A stretch of 64,000 nucleotides of DNA from Vicugna vicugna (lineage: Eukaryota): positions 372,001 through 436,000 of the forward strand of contig MU057711.1 in NCBI GenBank assembly GCA_013265495.1, in the 5' to 3' direction. The notes below the pieces were generated by a model. It did not search any database and was not told the origin of the DNA. It saw nothing but the letters and a program-made list of their open reading frames with translations. The translations under genes were made by a program, and so were the position numbers. Every line of letters starts with the position of its first letter. The stretch's first letter is position 1. Of the stretch, positions 50,410 through 62,045 are shown piece after piece.

Positions 50410-50830
50410 ATAAATCATCTGTGATCTCTGTCTTGGAAGTACAGAGACTGATGTGAAAGTTAACGTGGATGCACAAATCACAATAATACAAGACAGGACA
50501 TGTTATGAGTGGTCCAAGAGAGACAGAAGCAAAATGGAGGGAGCAGTTACCTCCTCTTAACTGAGAATCAAAGAAGGATTCACCAAAAAGGTGGAATTCT
50601 AATCTAGCGGTCACAAACTAGAAGCCATCATCTGACTATGGTCCATAGATGTGTGGGAAGGTAATATACATTCTGTACAAGGCAGCACATCAAACAAGCA
50701 TGGAACCCGGTCTAGAAAACCTCTTTGCTCCAGGCTTGGTCACCAGAGAGTGGACAGGAGAACGGAGAGATTGAATTTGAAAGATGGGCCAGGACTAGAC
50801 TCTGGAGAGCCTTGCCAAGGAATTGGAAGT
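50410..50830 (-). mobile_element. L2 fragment
   Basis: aatcaaagaaggattcac, aggcagcacatcaaacaagcatgga, ggagagccttg. Confidence 0.55.
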
Positions 50831-51731
50831 TTCCTTCTTCCTGAGTATGTGCCATAAAGGGGTCCTCCCAAGGCAGAATTTCCCTGTAACTTTTCAGCCC
50901 TTCTCTCCGAGAGAATGCTTAAAGATGATGGAGGTGAAATTATCAAGTGAGTTTAGTCATCACCTTATTTGGTGACAGTATTCTGTGCCAGGAGAGGTTA
51001 CTGTTATGGAACTCAGAAAACCCCAAAAGGATTAGCAGATGCAGTATTTTTGTGATTATACCAAGGAAAAAAAAGCACATCTTAAATTCTACATTATTGG
51101 GAATAAAATGCGTTCTGTGCGAGCTTTGTTTTTAATACAATACACAAATACAGATCCCTGAAGGAGCCAGCTCTGAACCATGGCTCCCTGGGAATAAATC
51201 CCCTGCCACCCTATTTCCTGTTCTCCTCCAGCCAGCCAGTCTGTCTGCATTGCTCTGGATATTCAGGTTGGAAGAGCTCTGCCTTTAGTCTCACTTTATT
51301 TTCATCTAATGTGCCAATTACGGGTCTTGCAGATCTGCTCATGGGCAGTTTTCCAGAAGACCAGTCTCACTTTGCATAGATTAAATCAACCGGTGCTGAT
51401 TCAATTCCACTGGCAGCACATGCGGGACAACCATTACCCAGGTTCCCTGCTTCCCATTCCTAATTTAGTTCTGCAGTGTCTTTCAGGAATCACCTCTCTT
51501 CCACTTGCTCCCCATCTCTGTCTGGACTCAGATCCAGGAGGTTCTCTACCTCGGCCTGAGGAATGGTGAATTTAGTGTTGTCATTTCAGAGTCAGTACAG
51601 AATTATTTGAATGCAAAACCCCTTTGGCTGTGTCTTGGTGCCATGGAACCTTCGCTGGCTTTTCCAGAATGTGATGAAACCACTGAATCTGAGCCGGAAG
51701 GCTGTTAGCCTTGACTTTGGCAGTAACTCTC

Positions 51732-52242
51732 TGGGGTAGAAAACTGGACTGTGTCCCCAGCATCCAGTCTCCTATCTTCTTCACAATAGCATCAAAAATT
51801 TCCCAGCCATGAGATTTGGGTAGATGAGTCCTACCTCCAGCTCTAGGTGTAGGCCCTCTTTGCCTCAAGCCAGTATGCATATCCCATGCCAGTGGCCACA
51901 GTGATGGGTTCAGAGATTGACCACATACCGAGCTAGGTGAACCAGGGCCAATAAATCTAACTTCTGGCGTTTGGGTTGGGTTATTGGGGAAATGGAATCC
52001 AGGGAGGAAGTATATACTTCTGGGATGTTTTAGGACCCATTTCAGTACCACAATAGAAGAGCCAGAGAGAAAGAGAGAGCATACACAAATCCCAGTCTCA
52101 TCATTGGAGTCTAGATCAAGTCTTATCTAAACCTAGGTGTACCTCTGGGCTGTTCAATTACATGAGCCAATAACTTCTCTTTTTGTGGAAATCATTTGGG
52201 CTGATATTTTTATTTCTTGCAACCAAAGCATCTGGACTGCTG
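51732..52242 (+). mobile_element. MLT1K-like LTR
   Basis: tggccacagtgatgggttcag, ttacatgagccaataa, tttcttgcaaccaaagcatc. Confidence 0.75.
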
Positions 52243-52729
52243 TGTGGTGTTTGGTAAATTACTTACCTGTCTGAACCTCAGTTTCTTCATCTGCCTTGCA
52301 AGAGGCTGGGCTGGCTGAAGTCCATTCCAGCTCTAAGAATCTGAGACTTTGATTTTTTGCTTCCAATTCTTTCTAATGCATGTGACCATTTTCCCTGATG
52401 AGAAAGAAGGGAAGTGTGTGTATAGACTTTCCTGTTTTACCGTAGTTGGTGGCAGGAGTGGATCAGGAAAGGCCACTCTGAGGGAAATGTTTATTTCCAG
52501 TTGAGGCCTGAAGAATGAGGGACAGTGAGGGTGAAAAGCATGGAGTGTATTTCCCAGGCAGCAGGAGCAGCCCGTTGTAAATGGTAGGTTTGGGGACAGG
52601 TTGGCTCAATGTCTTCAAGTCATAATTATAAAAGTTAGCACCTGTCCAATCTTGAGCTCCACGTGCCTGCTCCTCTTCCACACCTGCCTTCATAAAGAAG
52701 ATCCTCCTCTTTCTTATTTATGCATCTTC

Positions 52730-53332
52730 TTTTGTTTTTAATTGAACTATAGTCAGTAACAATGTGTCAATTTCTGGCATATAGCAAAATGTCCAATCAT
52801 GCATATATATATATATATACACATGTATTTGTTTTCATTTTTTTCATTAAAGGTTATTACAAGATATTGAATATAGTTCCCTGTGCTATACAGAAGAAAT
52901 TTGTTTTTTATCTCTTTTTATATATAGTGGTTAAATCTCAATCTCCCAAATTTATCCCTTCCCACCCCATTTCTCCCGGTAACCATAAGATTGTTAACTA
53001 TGTCTGTGAGTCTGTTTCTGTTTTATAGATGAGGTAATTAGTGTCCTCTTTTTTTTCTTTTGTTTAAATTTAGATTCCACCTATGAGTGATATCATACAG
53101 TATTTTTCTTTCTCTTTTTGGCTTACTTCATTTAGAATGACAATCCCCAGGTCCGTCCATGTTGCTGCAAATGGCGTTATGTTGTCGGTTTTTATGGCTG
53201 AGTAGTATTCCATTGTATAAATATACCACATCTTCTTTATCCAGTCATCTGTTGATGGACATTTAGGTTGCTTCCATGTATTGGCTATTGTAAATAGTGC
53301 TGCTATGAACATTGGAATGTCTGTATCTTTTG
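52730..53332 (-). mobile_element. Lineage-specific L1 3' end
   Basis: PMFIAALFTIANTWKQPKCPSTDDWIKKMWYIYTMEYYSAIK..EVSQKEKEKYCMISLIGGI* + 3'UTR. Confidence 0.92.
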
Positions 53333-53974
53333 GCACCTTCCATTTCTACTGTGACTGAAATTCCTTGAGGAAAGAGACTGTGTCTTATCAACTCAGTGCC
53401 TCCAGAGTGCCTAGCACAGTGCTTTCTCTGGACATGAGTTGAATTTCAACTCACGAGTCACGTCTCAAAAGTGTGAAAGAGCATGACAAGTTTGACAATG
53501 AAAAGGAGACAGGGCTGACTAGAGTGGGGACTCATGTAGGAGAGGAGAGGAAATAGGGCTACAAAATTACGGCTGGATAAAGTCTCAAACGCCAAGATAG
53601 GGTACTGGGCCATACGTTACCTTTAAAGAGGGGACTAAATAATAAAGTCATCAAAGGACACATTTGTGCAACCAGAATGCATTCAGCCTTTTCAGCTGTC
53701 CAGACCGTGGACAGATCATTTGGCAACAGGGGATTCGTATGAGCTGAAAAGACAGTATGCTTTGGAAATAGCGTGGGACGTTTCTGGCTTTAGCTTTTAC
53801 TCTTGGTAACCTTCCAAGAATAATCAGTTAGATAGTTAAGCTCATTCCCCACAGGTGTGGATAATCAAGGTGCTAGTGAAAAGGATAAATGATGGCTGGA
53901 ATGCCGCACACTCAGAGAGTTATTGGGGGTGGACCCAGGACAAGCCAAGCCTGGCATTGATCTGCTTCCCCCAC

Positions 53975-53977
<3 letters not shown>

Positions 53978-54009
<32 letters not shown>
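53978..54009. repeat. (AC)16 microsatellite
   Basis: Direct count. Confidence 0.95.
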
Positions 54010-54011
<2 letters not shown>

Positions 54012-54394
54012 ACACACTTATGTTTAGCATCTCTTCTTAAAATCCTCAAAGGATCCTTGATTCTGAATAGGCTGTGAACTATTCTTTCAACTCAGTATAC
54101 TTAATATATCCTAAACATAAACTCATTCTTGTTTTCCCTCAACCCTAATCTTCTTCCTGACTTACACATTTCTACTTTTCTTTTCTTAATAAGGCACCAG
54201 TATGTTCTCAATCTTCCAGGCCTGAAAGCTGACAATCATCTTAGTCCCCACATGCTATTGCTGCCTCCTCATTCACGAGGCTCTTAGTCTTGCCAGTTTC
54301 ACCCTCATCATCTTGTCCTCTCCCTGATAACTCCATGTTCATATTTTCATTAAGGCTCATTTGAACAACTGTTACAATCACTCAAGCAGCCTTC

Positions 54395-56930
54395 ATTTTT
54401 GAAACAACCTCAAACTTACCGAAAGTTGTAAAAACATTTGTTAAAAACATTTGAGAATAAGTTATTAATATGCTCCATTACCCTGGAATACTTTAGGAAC
54501 CACAGAAACCGTAATACAACCATCAAGTTCAGGAAATTTAAATTGATATATTAGTACAATCTAATCTTCAGACTCCCTTCGAGTTTTCCCAACTGGTCCA
54601 AAGTTCTTTTTAGTAAAAGGATCCAGTTCAGGGTTACAGACTGCACCTAGCTGTTAGATCTAATCAGTCTTTTTCAGTCTGTTCAGCAGTGTCCATCTTT
54701 CCTTGACTTTGACCTTGACACCCTTGAAGACTACAGCCACTTGTTTTGTAAAATGTCCTTCAGCTTGGGTTTGTTTGATGTTTCCTCATGGTTAACCAGG
54801 ATGTGCATCTTTGGCAAGAACACTGCAGAAATGATACAACATGCCTCTTATTGCATCTTATTAGGTAGCACATAATTATGACTTGTCCCATCACTGATGC
54901 TAACTTTGATATTTAATAAGGTGGTATCTATCAGGCTTTATAAAGTTACTCTCCTTATCTTTGCAATTGACAAGGTTTTCTTGGTGGGGTATTTTGAAAC
55001 CATGTAGATATTCTGTTTCTCCTCAAACTTCCAACTTATTATGTCTCTCGGTATGAATTCATGGATTCCTATTTTAGCCAATTAGTTATCATCTGTTACT
55101 ATCATTCATTTTGGTGCTCAAATTATCCAAAATTTGCAGAGTGGGAGCCCCCTCAAGCTGGTTTCTGTGCCCTTTTGGCATGACCCCATCAACGTTTGAG
55201 CACCCAGGCTTATCTTGCACCTGCCCTGCCCCAGCCCTGAGCTCAATCATTTCTCCAAGGAGCTCTGGCCCATTTATAGAAGAATGATATTTAGAAACCC
55301 AGATTTGGTGTGCTTATTCAATAAGCTAGGGTGTCATTGCTCCGAGGCCTTCACAGTGCTGAGCTAGGGAATTTATATTTACACATTTATGGATGTAAAT
55401 AAATATAGACATTTATTTACAAATAAATATAGACATATTTATTTACATATCTACTTATTCACTCTAGTTTTCTCTGTTTCCATATTTGTAACTCCCTTCT
55501 CTGACAATAATAAACCTCCCCCCAAGGACTTCCAGTTTCTGGTTCGCATATAACCAGCTTGGAAGTCACCACTCTGTCCTAACAAGAAGCAGAAAGCTGA
55601 ACAGAAAGAAAAGTCAACTCTTGGATCTGGAAGGCAGTGGTGGTGGTGGTGAGAATATACAGGGCAAACCACTGCCCCCAGGATTGGATAGATAGGCAAA
55701 TACAGGCAGTATTAAGTCGCAGCTTACCAGGGCAGAGACTCACTGAGGAGTGGAAACCGCCGTGGGAACCAGTGCCAAGGTAAAGTTGACAACTGTAATT
55801 GCCAATTGCTACACACTCAGTATGGACAACAGTGAGAGTTGAAAACCTCAGGGGGGTTTACCTCTAGGAACTCCACTAAGTTCCCACAGTAAAACCAGAG
55901 GAAAATGCCCTTTTGCTTCTGGCAGAGGGAGGGGAAAAGGAATCATTTTGAAATACACCAGAGCACTTTGTTCTTAGCCAGCCCTGCCCTTGGGAGAAAC
56001 TAGTTAACTAGAGCCTAACCTGATGGGGGTATTAGCAGAGCTTAACTGACCCAGGGAAAGGAAATATCCAATTCCACTCTCTAGCCATCCTGTCCTACCT
56101 AAGGAGGTAGGAAAAAACTGAGAAACTCTTGTGAAGTTCACAGCCCAGAGGCACAGGCTCACTAAAATTCTGAAACCTACTCACAGGACTGTGGAACGCT
56201 TCCCCTCCCCCAACACCTCCTCGCCTCATTACCGAAGATCTATTTACAGTAGTTCCTCTTACCCAGTATGCCATGACTAGCTATCAAGAAAAAATTACAC
56301 AGCATACCAAAAGGCAAAAAGCACAATATGAAGAGACAGAGCAGGCATCAGAACCAGATATGGCAGGAATGTTGGAATCATCAGACCAGGAATTGAAAAC
56401 AACTGTGATTAATATAGTAAGGTCTCTGATGGTTAAAGCAGACAGCACAGAAGAACAGAGGCGCAAGGCAAGCAGAGAGATGGAAACCCTAAGAAAGAAA
56501 CCTGCCTCCCGTGATCCTTATCACACTTACTTATAATCAGTTCTTCTGTATGTAATCGATCTCCCATTCCGGCTGCCCTTCCCACCAACATGGACACAAC
56601 TTCACTCCATCCAGTCTCTGACACCCCCCACTGGACTGCCTTGCTGTGTCTTGTGTGACACCTTCTTCACTGACTGGGACCTGCCACCCCTTTGGAGATG
56701 CATCGTACCCGACTGCTAGCACTCTATGCCAAGCTGCCCCTCCCTCAAACTACACAGAACCCTTCTTCATCCTTCAGCATACGGTGCTGGGACGCCTCCT
56801 GTGTGGGTGTCTTTTTCACCCACCTGTGGGGCTCTGATACTCTGTGCTGGTCTGTCTCCCCAAAATGTCCTCATCATCCTTCTCAGGCTTCAGTATCTCA
56901 CACATGCCATTCCCCTGTGGGAATGTTCTT
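54395..56930 (-). mobile_element. L1MC4-like 3' region interrupted by an L1 5' fragment
   Basis: aggatccagttcaggg, gggagccccctcaagctgg, gtaactcccttctc..aaacct (55490) resuming as gaaacctgcctccc..ctgtatgtaatcgatctccc (56497). Confidence 0.7.
55526..56494 (+). mobile_element. Old L1M (L1MD-like) 5'UTR + ORF1 N-terminus
   Basis: ggacttccagtttctgg start; MTSYQEKITQHTKRQKAQYEETEQASEPDMAGMLESSDQELKTTVINI. Confidence 0.75.
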
Positions 56931-56959
56931 GAGTTGTCTATCTCCAGTCTCTTCCCACG

Positions 56960-57420
56960 TGTGAGACGAAGCTCTGACCATACCACTCCCCTGCTCAGAA
57001 AACCTTCACAGGAAACACCCTGTATTCAAAAGCCTGTGGAAAAAAATCCCTATGTTCATTTCAACTTTGAACCCTTCTCTAATCTGAGACCAATTTATTA
57101 TGCTTACCACTATTGATTTTCATGCAAACCATAGTTCTCTTGGACCTGACTACTTAATATTTCTCTAATGCAGCTCTTAATATTTCTCAAGTGCACCTCA
57201 CACTATTTTTATTCTAAATCCAGGCTCCTGCAGCCTGTCTGCTCTAATGACACTACCCTGAGTTCTTGCACATCCAACATCTGTCTTCTTTATAGTATCA
57301 GCTCAAATGCTGCCTCATCTATGAAGAATTTCTTCCGTCATCCACTCTGAATTCAGATACAAGTTTTTGAGTGTTTTCATGTACCTCACACTGTCTGTAA
57401 CACTTTTATGAGGTATATAA
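56960..57420 (+). mobile_element. L2 fragment
   Basis: ctgaccataccactcccctgctcagaaaaccttca, tcagctcaaatgctgcctc. Confidence 0.6.
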
Positions 57421-57599
57421 GCATATAGAAAGGGGGCCAATATCAGGAAAATGCAAATTAAAACCATAATGAGATTTTACTACACACATATTGGAATGGC
57501 TACAGCTATGACACTATAATAATACCAAGTGCTGGTAAGGATATGAAATAACTGTGTGTATGCATACAATATATACATGTAATTGCATACATATACATA

Positions 57600-57890
57600 C
57601 ATATTTATGTCAGGTTTACTAAGGCATAACAGACATGTAGTAAAATTTTCCCTTTTCAGTGTATAATTCTATGAGTGTGCAATCACGCGATCACCACTCC
57701 ATCGCTTCATAGGCAAGTCTTCCCCAAACTCAGTCCCAGCAACCACTGGCCTGCTTTTTTCATAAAAATGGAATCATGCGCAGAGAATCATATATCCTTT
57801 GAGTTTGGCTCTTTTCATGCATTTCAGATTGATCCATGTTGTGGGAAGCAATTGTCATTCTTTTTTATTGCTGAATTGTTGTACGGATTA
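57600..57890 (-). mobile_element. L1MB 3' fragment
   Basis: gtgtataattctatgag, gcaaccactg, atggaatcat, tttttattgctgaat. Confidence 0.65.
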
Positions 57891-57899
57891 ATCATGTTT

Positions 57900-60800
57900 T
57901 GGTCACAAATACCCAAATTTCAACAAAAGATCACAAAACATACAAATAAACAGGGACACTGGGACCAATCAAAAAAATGAAACAAAACTCTAGAAATTGA
58001 CCCTAAAAATATACATATCTCTGAATTACCTGAGAAAAGGTCAATTTACCAGGAAGAGAGAACAATTATAAAGCTATAGGCACCAAACATCAGAGTTCCT
58101 AAATATATGAATCAAACTTGGCACAACGGAAGTGAGAAATAGATAGCTCTACAATAAAGGCAGGAAACTTCAATACCCTTACTATCAATAACAGAACAAC
58201 CAGACAGAGGATCAATTAGGAAACAAAGGACTTCAACAACACTATAGATGAACTGACCTAACAGACATATGCAGAGCATTACACTAAGTCAGCAGAATAC
58301 ATATTCTTCTCAAGTGTACATGGAATGTTCTCCAGGATAGACCACCTGTTAGGCCACAAAACAACTCTTAAAACCTCAATTATCATCTTACTATCTTAAA
58401 TTCTTTAAAAAGAGTGAAATCATACCAAGTATCTTTTCCAATTGCAGTGGAATGAAGTTAGAAATCAATAGTAGAAGGAAATCTGGGAAATCCACAAATA
58501 CATAGAAACTAAAGGGCATACTCTTAAACAATCCATGGGTCAAAGAAGAAATGACAGGGAAATTAGAAAATATCTCAAGACAAATAAAAATGAAAGCACA
58601 ACATATCAAAACGTATGGATGCCATGAAAGCATGCTAAAGAGGGAAGTTTACAGCTGTAAATGCTTACATTAAAAAATGGAATGATCTCAAATCAACAAT
58701 CTAATTTGACACTTCGAGGAACCAGAAAAAGAGCAAACTGAATTCAAAGTTAGCAGAAGGGAGAAAATAAAAGAGCATTGGTAAGTGGAATAGAGAATAT
58801 AAAAAAGTGAAAAAAAAAGAAAGAAATCAATAAAATTAAATTATCTTTTTAAAAAAAAGATCAATAAAATTAAAAAATCCTTAGCTGATTTAATAAAAAT
58901 GAGAAAAGATTTAGATAAATAAAATCATAAATGAAAGACAGAACATTACAAGTGATGCCACAGAAATAAAAAGGATTATAAAAGATTAGTATGAGCAATT
59001 AAATGAAAAAAAATTGGAAATTAGAAAAAATGGAAAAATTTCTAGAAAAGCACAACCTGCCAAGATTGAACCAGTAAGAAATAGAAAATCAGCACAGACC
59101 TGTAATTAGTAAAGAGATTGAATCAGTAATGAAAACCTTCCCAGTGAAGGAACCAAGGACCACATGACTTCCCTGGAGAGTTCTGGCAACATTTAAAGAA
59201 TTAACACCAATCCTCCTCAAACTCTTGACAAGAAATGAAAAAGAGTCAACACTTCCAAACTCATTCTATGGGGCCATTATTACCTTGACACCAAAGTCAG
59301 ACAAAGATACTACAAGACAAGACAAAAAAACCTTCCCCCCGGAAAACCTCCACAAAACCCTACAGAAAAAATATGTTTAATTAATATGGATGCAAAAACC
59401 TCAATAAAATTCTAGCAAGCCTAATTCAACAGCACATTAAAAGGATTACAAACCATGACGTAGTGGGATTTCTATCTGGAATGTAAAGATGTCTCAACAT
59501 ACAAAAATCAATCAATCTAATATACCACATTAACAGAATGAAGGGAAAAAAAAACACATGTTCATTTAAATTGATACAAAAAAAGTAGTGACAAAATTTA
59601 ACAGCTTTTTATGATCAAAACAGTCCACAAGTTAGGAATAAAGGGAAACAACTTCAACATAAGAAAGGCCATATATGAAAAGCCCACAGCTAATATCATA
59701 CCTAATGGTGAAAGACTGAAAACTATTCCTCTAAGATCAGGAGGAAGACAGAGTGCCTCCTCTCACCACTTCTTTTCAACATAGTAGTGAAAGTCCTAGC
59801 TAGAGCAATTCGTCAAGAAAAATAAATGAAACACATCCAGTTAGAAAGGAAGAAATAAAATTATATGTTTGCAGACAACATGATCTTACATACAGAAAAT
59901 TCTCAAGATTCCACAAAAATTGTTCAAACTAATAAATGAATCAGCAAAGTTGCAAGATACAAAATCAACCCATAAAAATCAGTTGTATTTCTACACAGTA
60001 ACAATGAACAACCAGAAAAGGAAATGACAAAATCAATTCCATTTACAATAGTGTGAAACAAAGTACTCAAATAAACTTAATCAAGGAGATTAAAGCCTTG
60101 TACACTGGAAACTAAAAAGCATTGCTGAAAGAAATGAAAAAAACACTAATAAGTGGAAAGGCATCTTTTGTTTATGGACTGGAAGGCTTCGTATTTTTAA
60201 AGATTTCAATACTTCCCAAAGCAATCTACACATTCAATGCATTCTCTATCAAAATCTCATTGGCATTTTTTGCAGAAATAGAAAAATCCATGCTAAAATT
60301 CACATGGGATCTCCAGGGAACCTATATAGCCAAAACAATCTTGAAAAATAAGAATAAAGTTAGAAACCTGATTTCTAAACATATTACAAAGCTACAGTCA
60401 TCAAAACAGAGTGATACTTGGAAAAAGACAGACATACAGACTAAAGGAATAGAATAGAGAGTCCCAAAACACACCCTTGTGTATACAGTCAAATGATTTG
60501 TTAAAGGAGTGCCAAAGCCACCCAGTAGGGGAAGGACAAATGGCGCTAGGAAAACCTGATAGTCACATACAACGCACTGTTGATAAGATTGTAAAATGGT
60601 GCAGCCACTATGCAAAACAGTATGGAGGTGCCTCAAAAAAATTAAAAATAGAATTATCATATATGATCCAGCAATTCCACCTTTGGATAGGTATCCAGAA
60701 GTATCAAGAGCAGACTTTTGAAGAGATATTTGTATCCTGTGTTCACGGCAGCATCAGCCCTATAGTCACGAGCTAGAAAAAAACCCAAATGTCCACTGTT

Positions 60801-61300
60801 ACATGAATGAATAAACAAAATGCAGCATATACATATCTATTAATTTACTAGGATGGTTGTAGCAAAATACCACAAACTGAGTGGCTTAAACAACAGAAAT
60901 GTGTTTTCTCACAGTTCTGACGGCTGGGAGTCTAAGATCAAGGTGCCAGCAGGGTTGCTTTCTACTTTGGCTTCTCTCTTTGGTTTGCAGAAGGACACAG
61001 CTTGCTGTGCCCTCACAATGCCTTTTCTCTGTGCCTTTGCCTGCCTAGTGTCTCTTCCTCTTCTTTAAGGGCACCAGTCCTGATGGATTGGAACTCCACC
61101 CTCATGGCCTCATTTAACCTTAATTACCTCATTGGAAGCTGTATTTCCAGATACAATCACAATGGGGCTTAGGACTTCAACATATAAATTTTAGGGAGAC
61201 CCGAATCTGTCCATAACACGATTCAATGGAATATTATTCAGGCTTAAAAATGGAGGAAACATGCTGCAACATGTATGACCCTTGAGGATATTATCATTTA
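57900..61300 (+). mobile_element. L1M (MA/MB-type) element with long decayed ORF2, interrupted by MLT1A
   Basis: EN to RT to C-terminal motifs: ttctccaggatagaccac, acacttccaaactcattctatg, aacagcacattaaaaggat, [29 protein letters not shown], atatgatccagcaattccac. Confidence 0.85.
60836..61218 (-). mobile_element. MLT1A-type solo LTR
   Basis: aaataccacaaactgagtggcttaaacaacagaaat..aagatcaaggtgccagcagg..gtccataaca. Confidence 0.9.
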
Positions 61301-61309
61301 ATGTCCTAC

Positions 61310-61695
61310 TAAAAAGATCTCTATGACCTGATTGTAATACTTGCCACCTGTCCTGCCACACAGAGCACTCAGCCCTCCTAACCACGTGCTGTCCTGTCAC
61401 ATGCCCCTGGGCCTTTGCACATGGCTCTCCTCTCTCCTGGAATGCCTTTCCATCACTCCTTAATCCATTCTTCCAAGCCCACCCACGGCACTGTCTTTGA
61501 GGCTCCTGTCCCTGAGGGAGAGTTCATTTCTCCTCTTCTGCGCTCCCCAGTTCTTTGTCGGACACACTATGTTACAACTGTCTTTCTGCCTGCCCCTCTC
61601 CACTAATTACAAGTTCCCAAAGGCACAAAAGTCACCCGTACCTAGGACAGCGCCCGTGTACAGTAGTTAGTCAGTAACATCTGTTGAATGAATGT
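61310..61695 (+). mobile_element. L2 3' end
   Basis: gggcctttgcacatggct..cctggaatgccttt; ..catctgttgaatgaatg. Confidence 0.75.
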
Positions 61696-61764
61696 AGGTG
61701 CAGGTGTGTAAACGGTGGTGGGAGAATTGAGACCACCGTGACTCAGAGTGGGTGAGGCCACCTA

Positions 61765-62045
61765 GTCCACTATTGGCAAAGTGTGGCATGTGTATAAAAA
61801 GTGGCCCACGGGATGACTTTAGGGGCCCATGGATGGACATGATTTTTAAAGTTATAAATTTATTTTAATGTGTCCGAAACTATATAACTACATCTCAAAC
61901 CTCTGCTTTCACGAAACTCAGGGCCTCTCATGAGGCCAAGTAGAGAGCAGTGAGCCGATTTAGCAAAGGCTATTGAGTAAATAATACTAAAGATGGTACA
62001 CGGACACAGTAAAAATCCCAAATGGCTAAAGATTGAGACACATGG
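61765..62045 (-). mobile_element. MER113A-like hAT-Charlie DNA transposon
   Basis: caaagtgtgg..gatgactttagg, tttattttaatgtgt..atataacta, gatggtacacgga. Confidence 0.65.

Noticed and set aside
51581..52051. 156-aa ORF
   Set aside because: Antisense to an MLT1K LTR; no known domain recognised.
58040..60835. Active L1 ORF2
   Set aside because: Numerous stops and frameshifts; no L1 in the window is intact.
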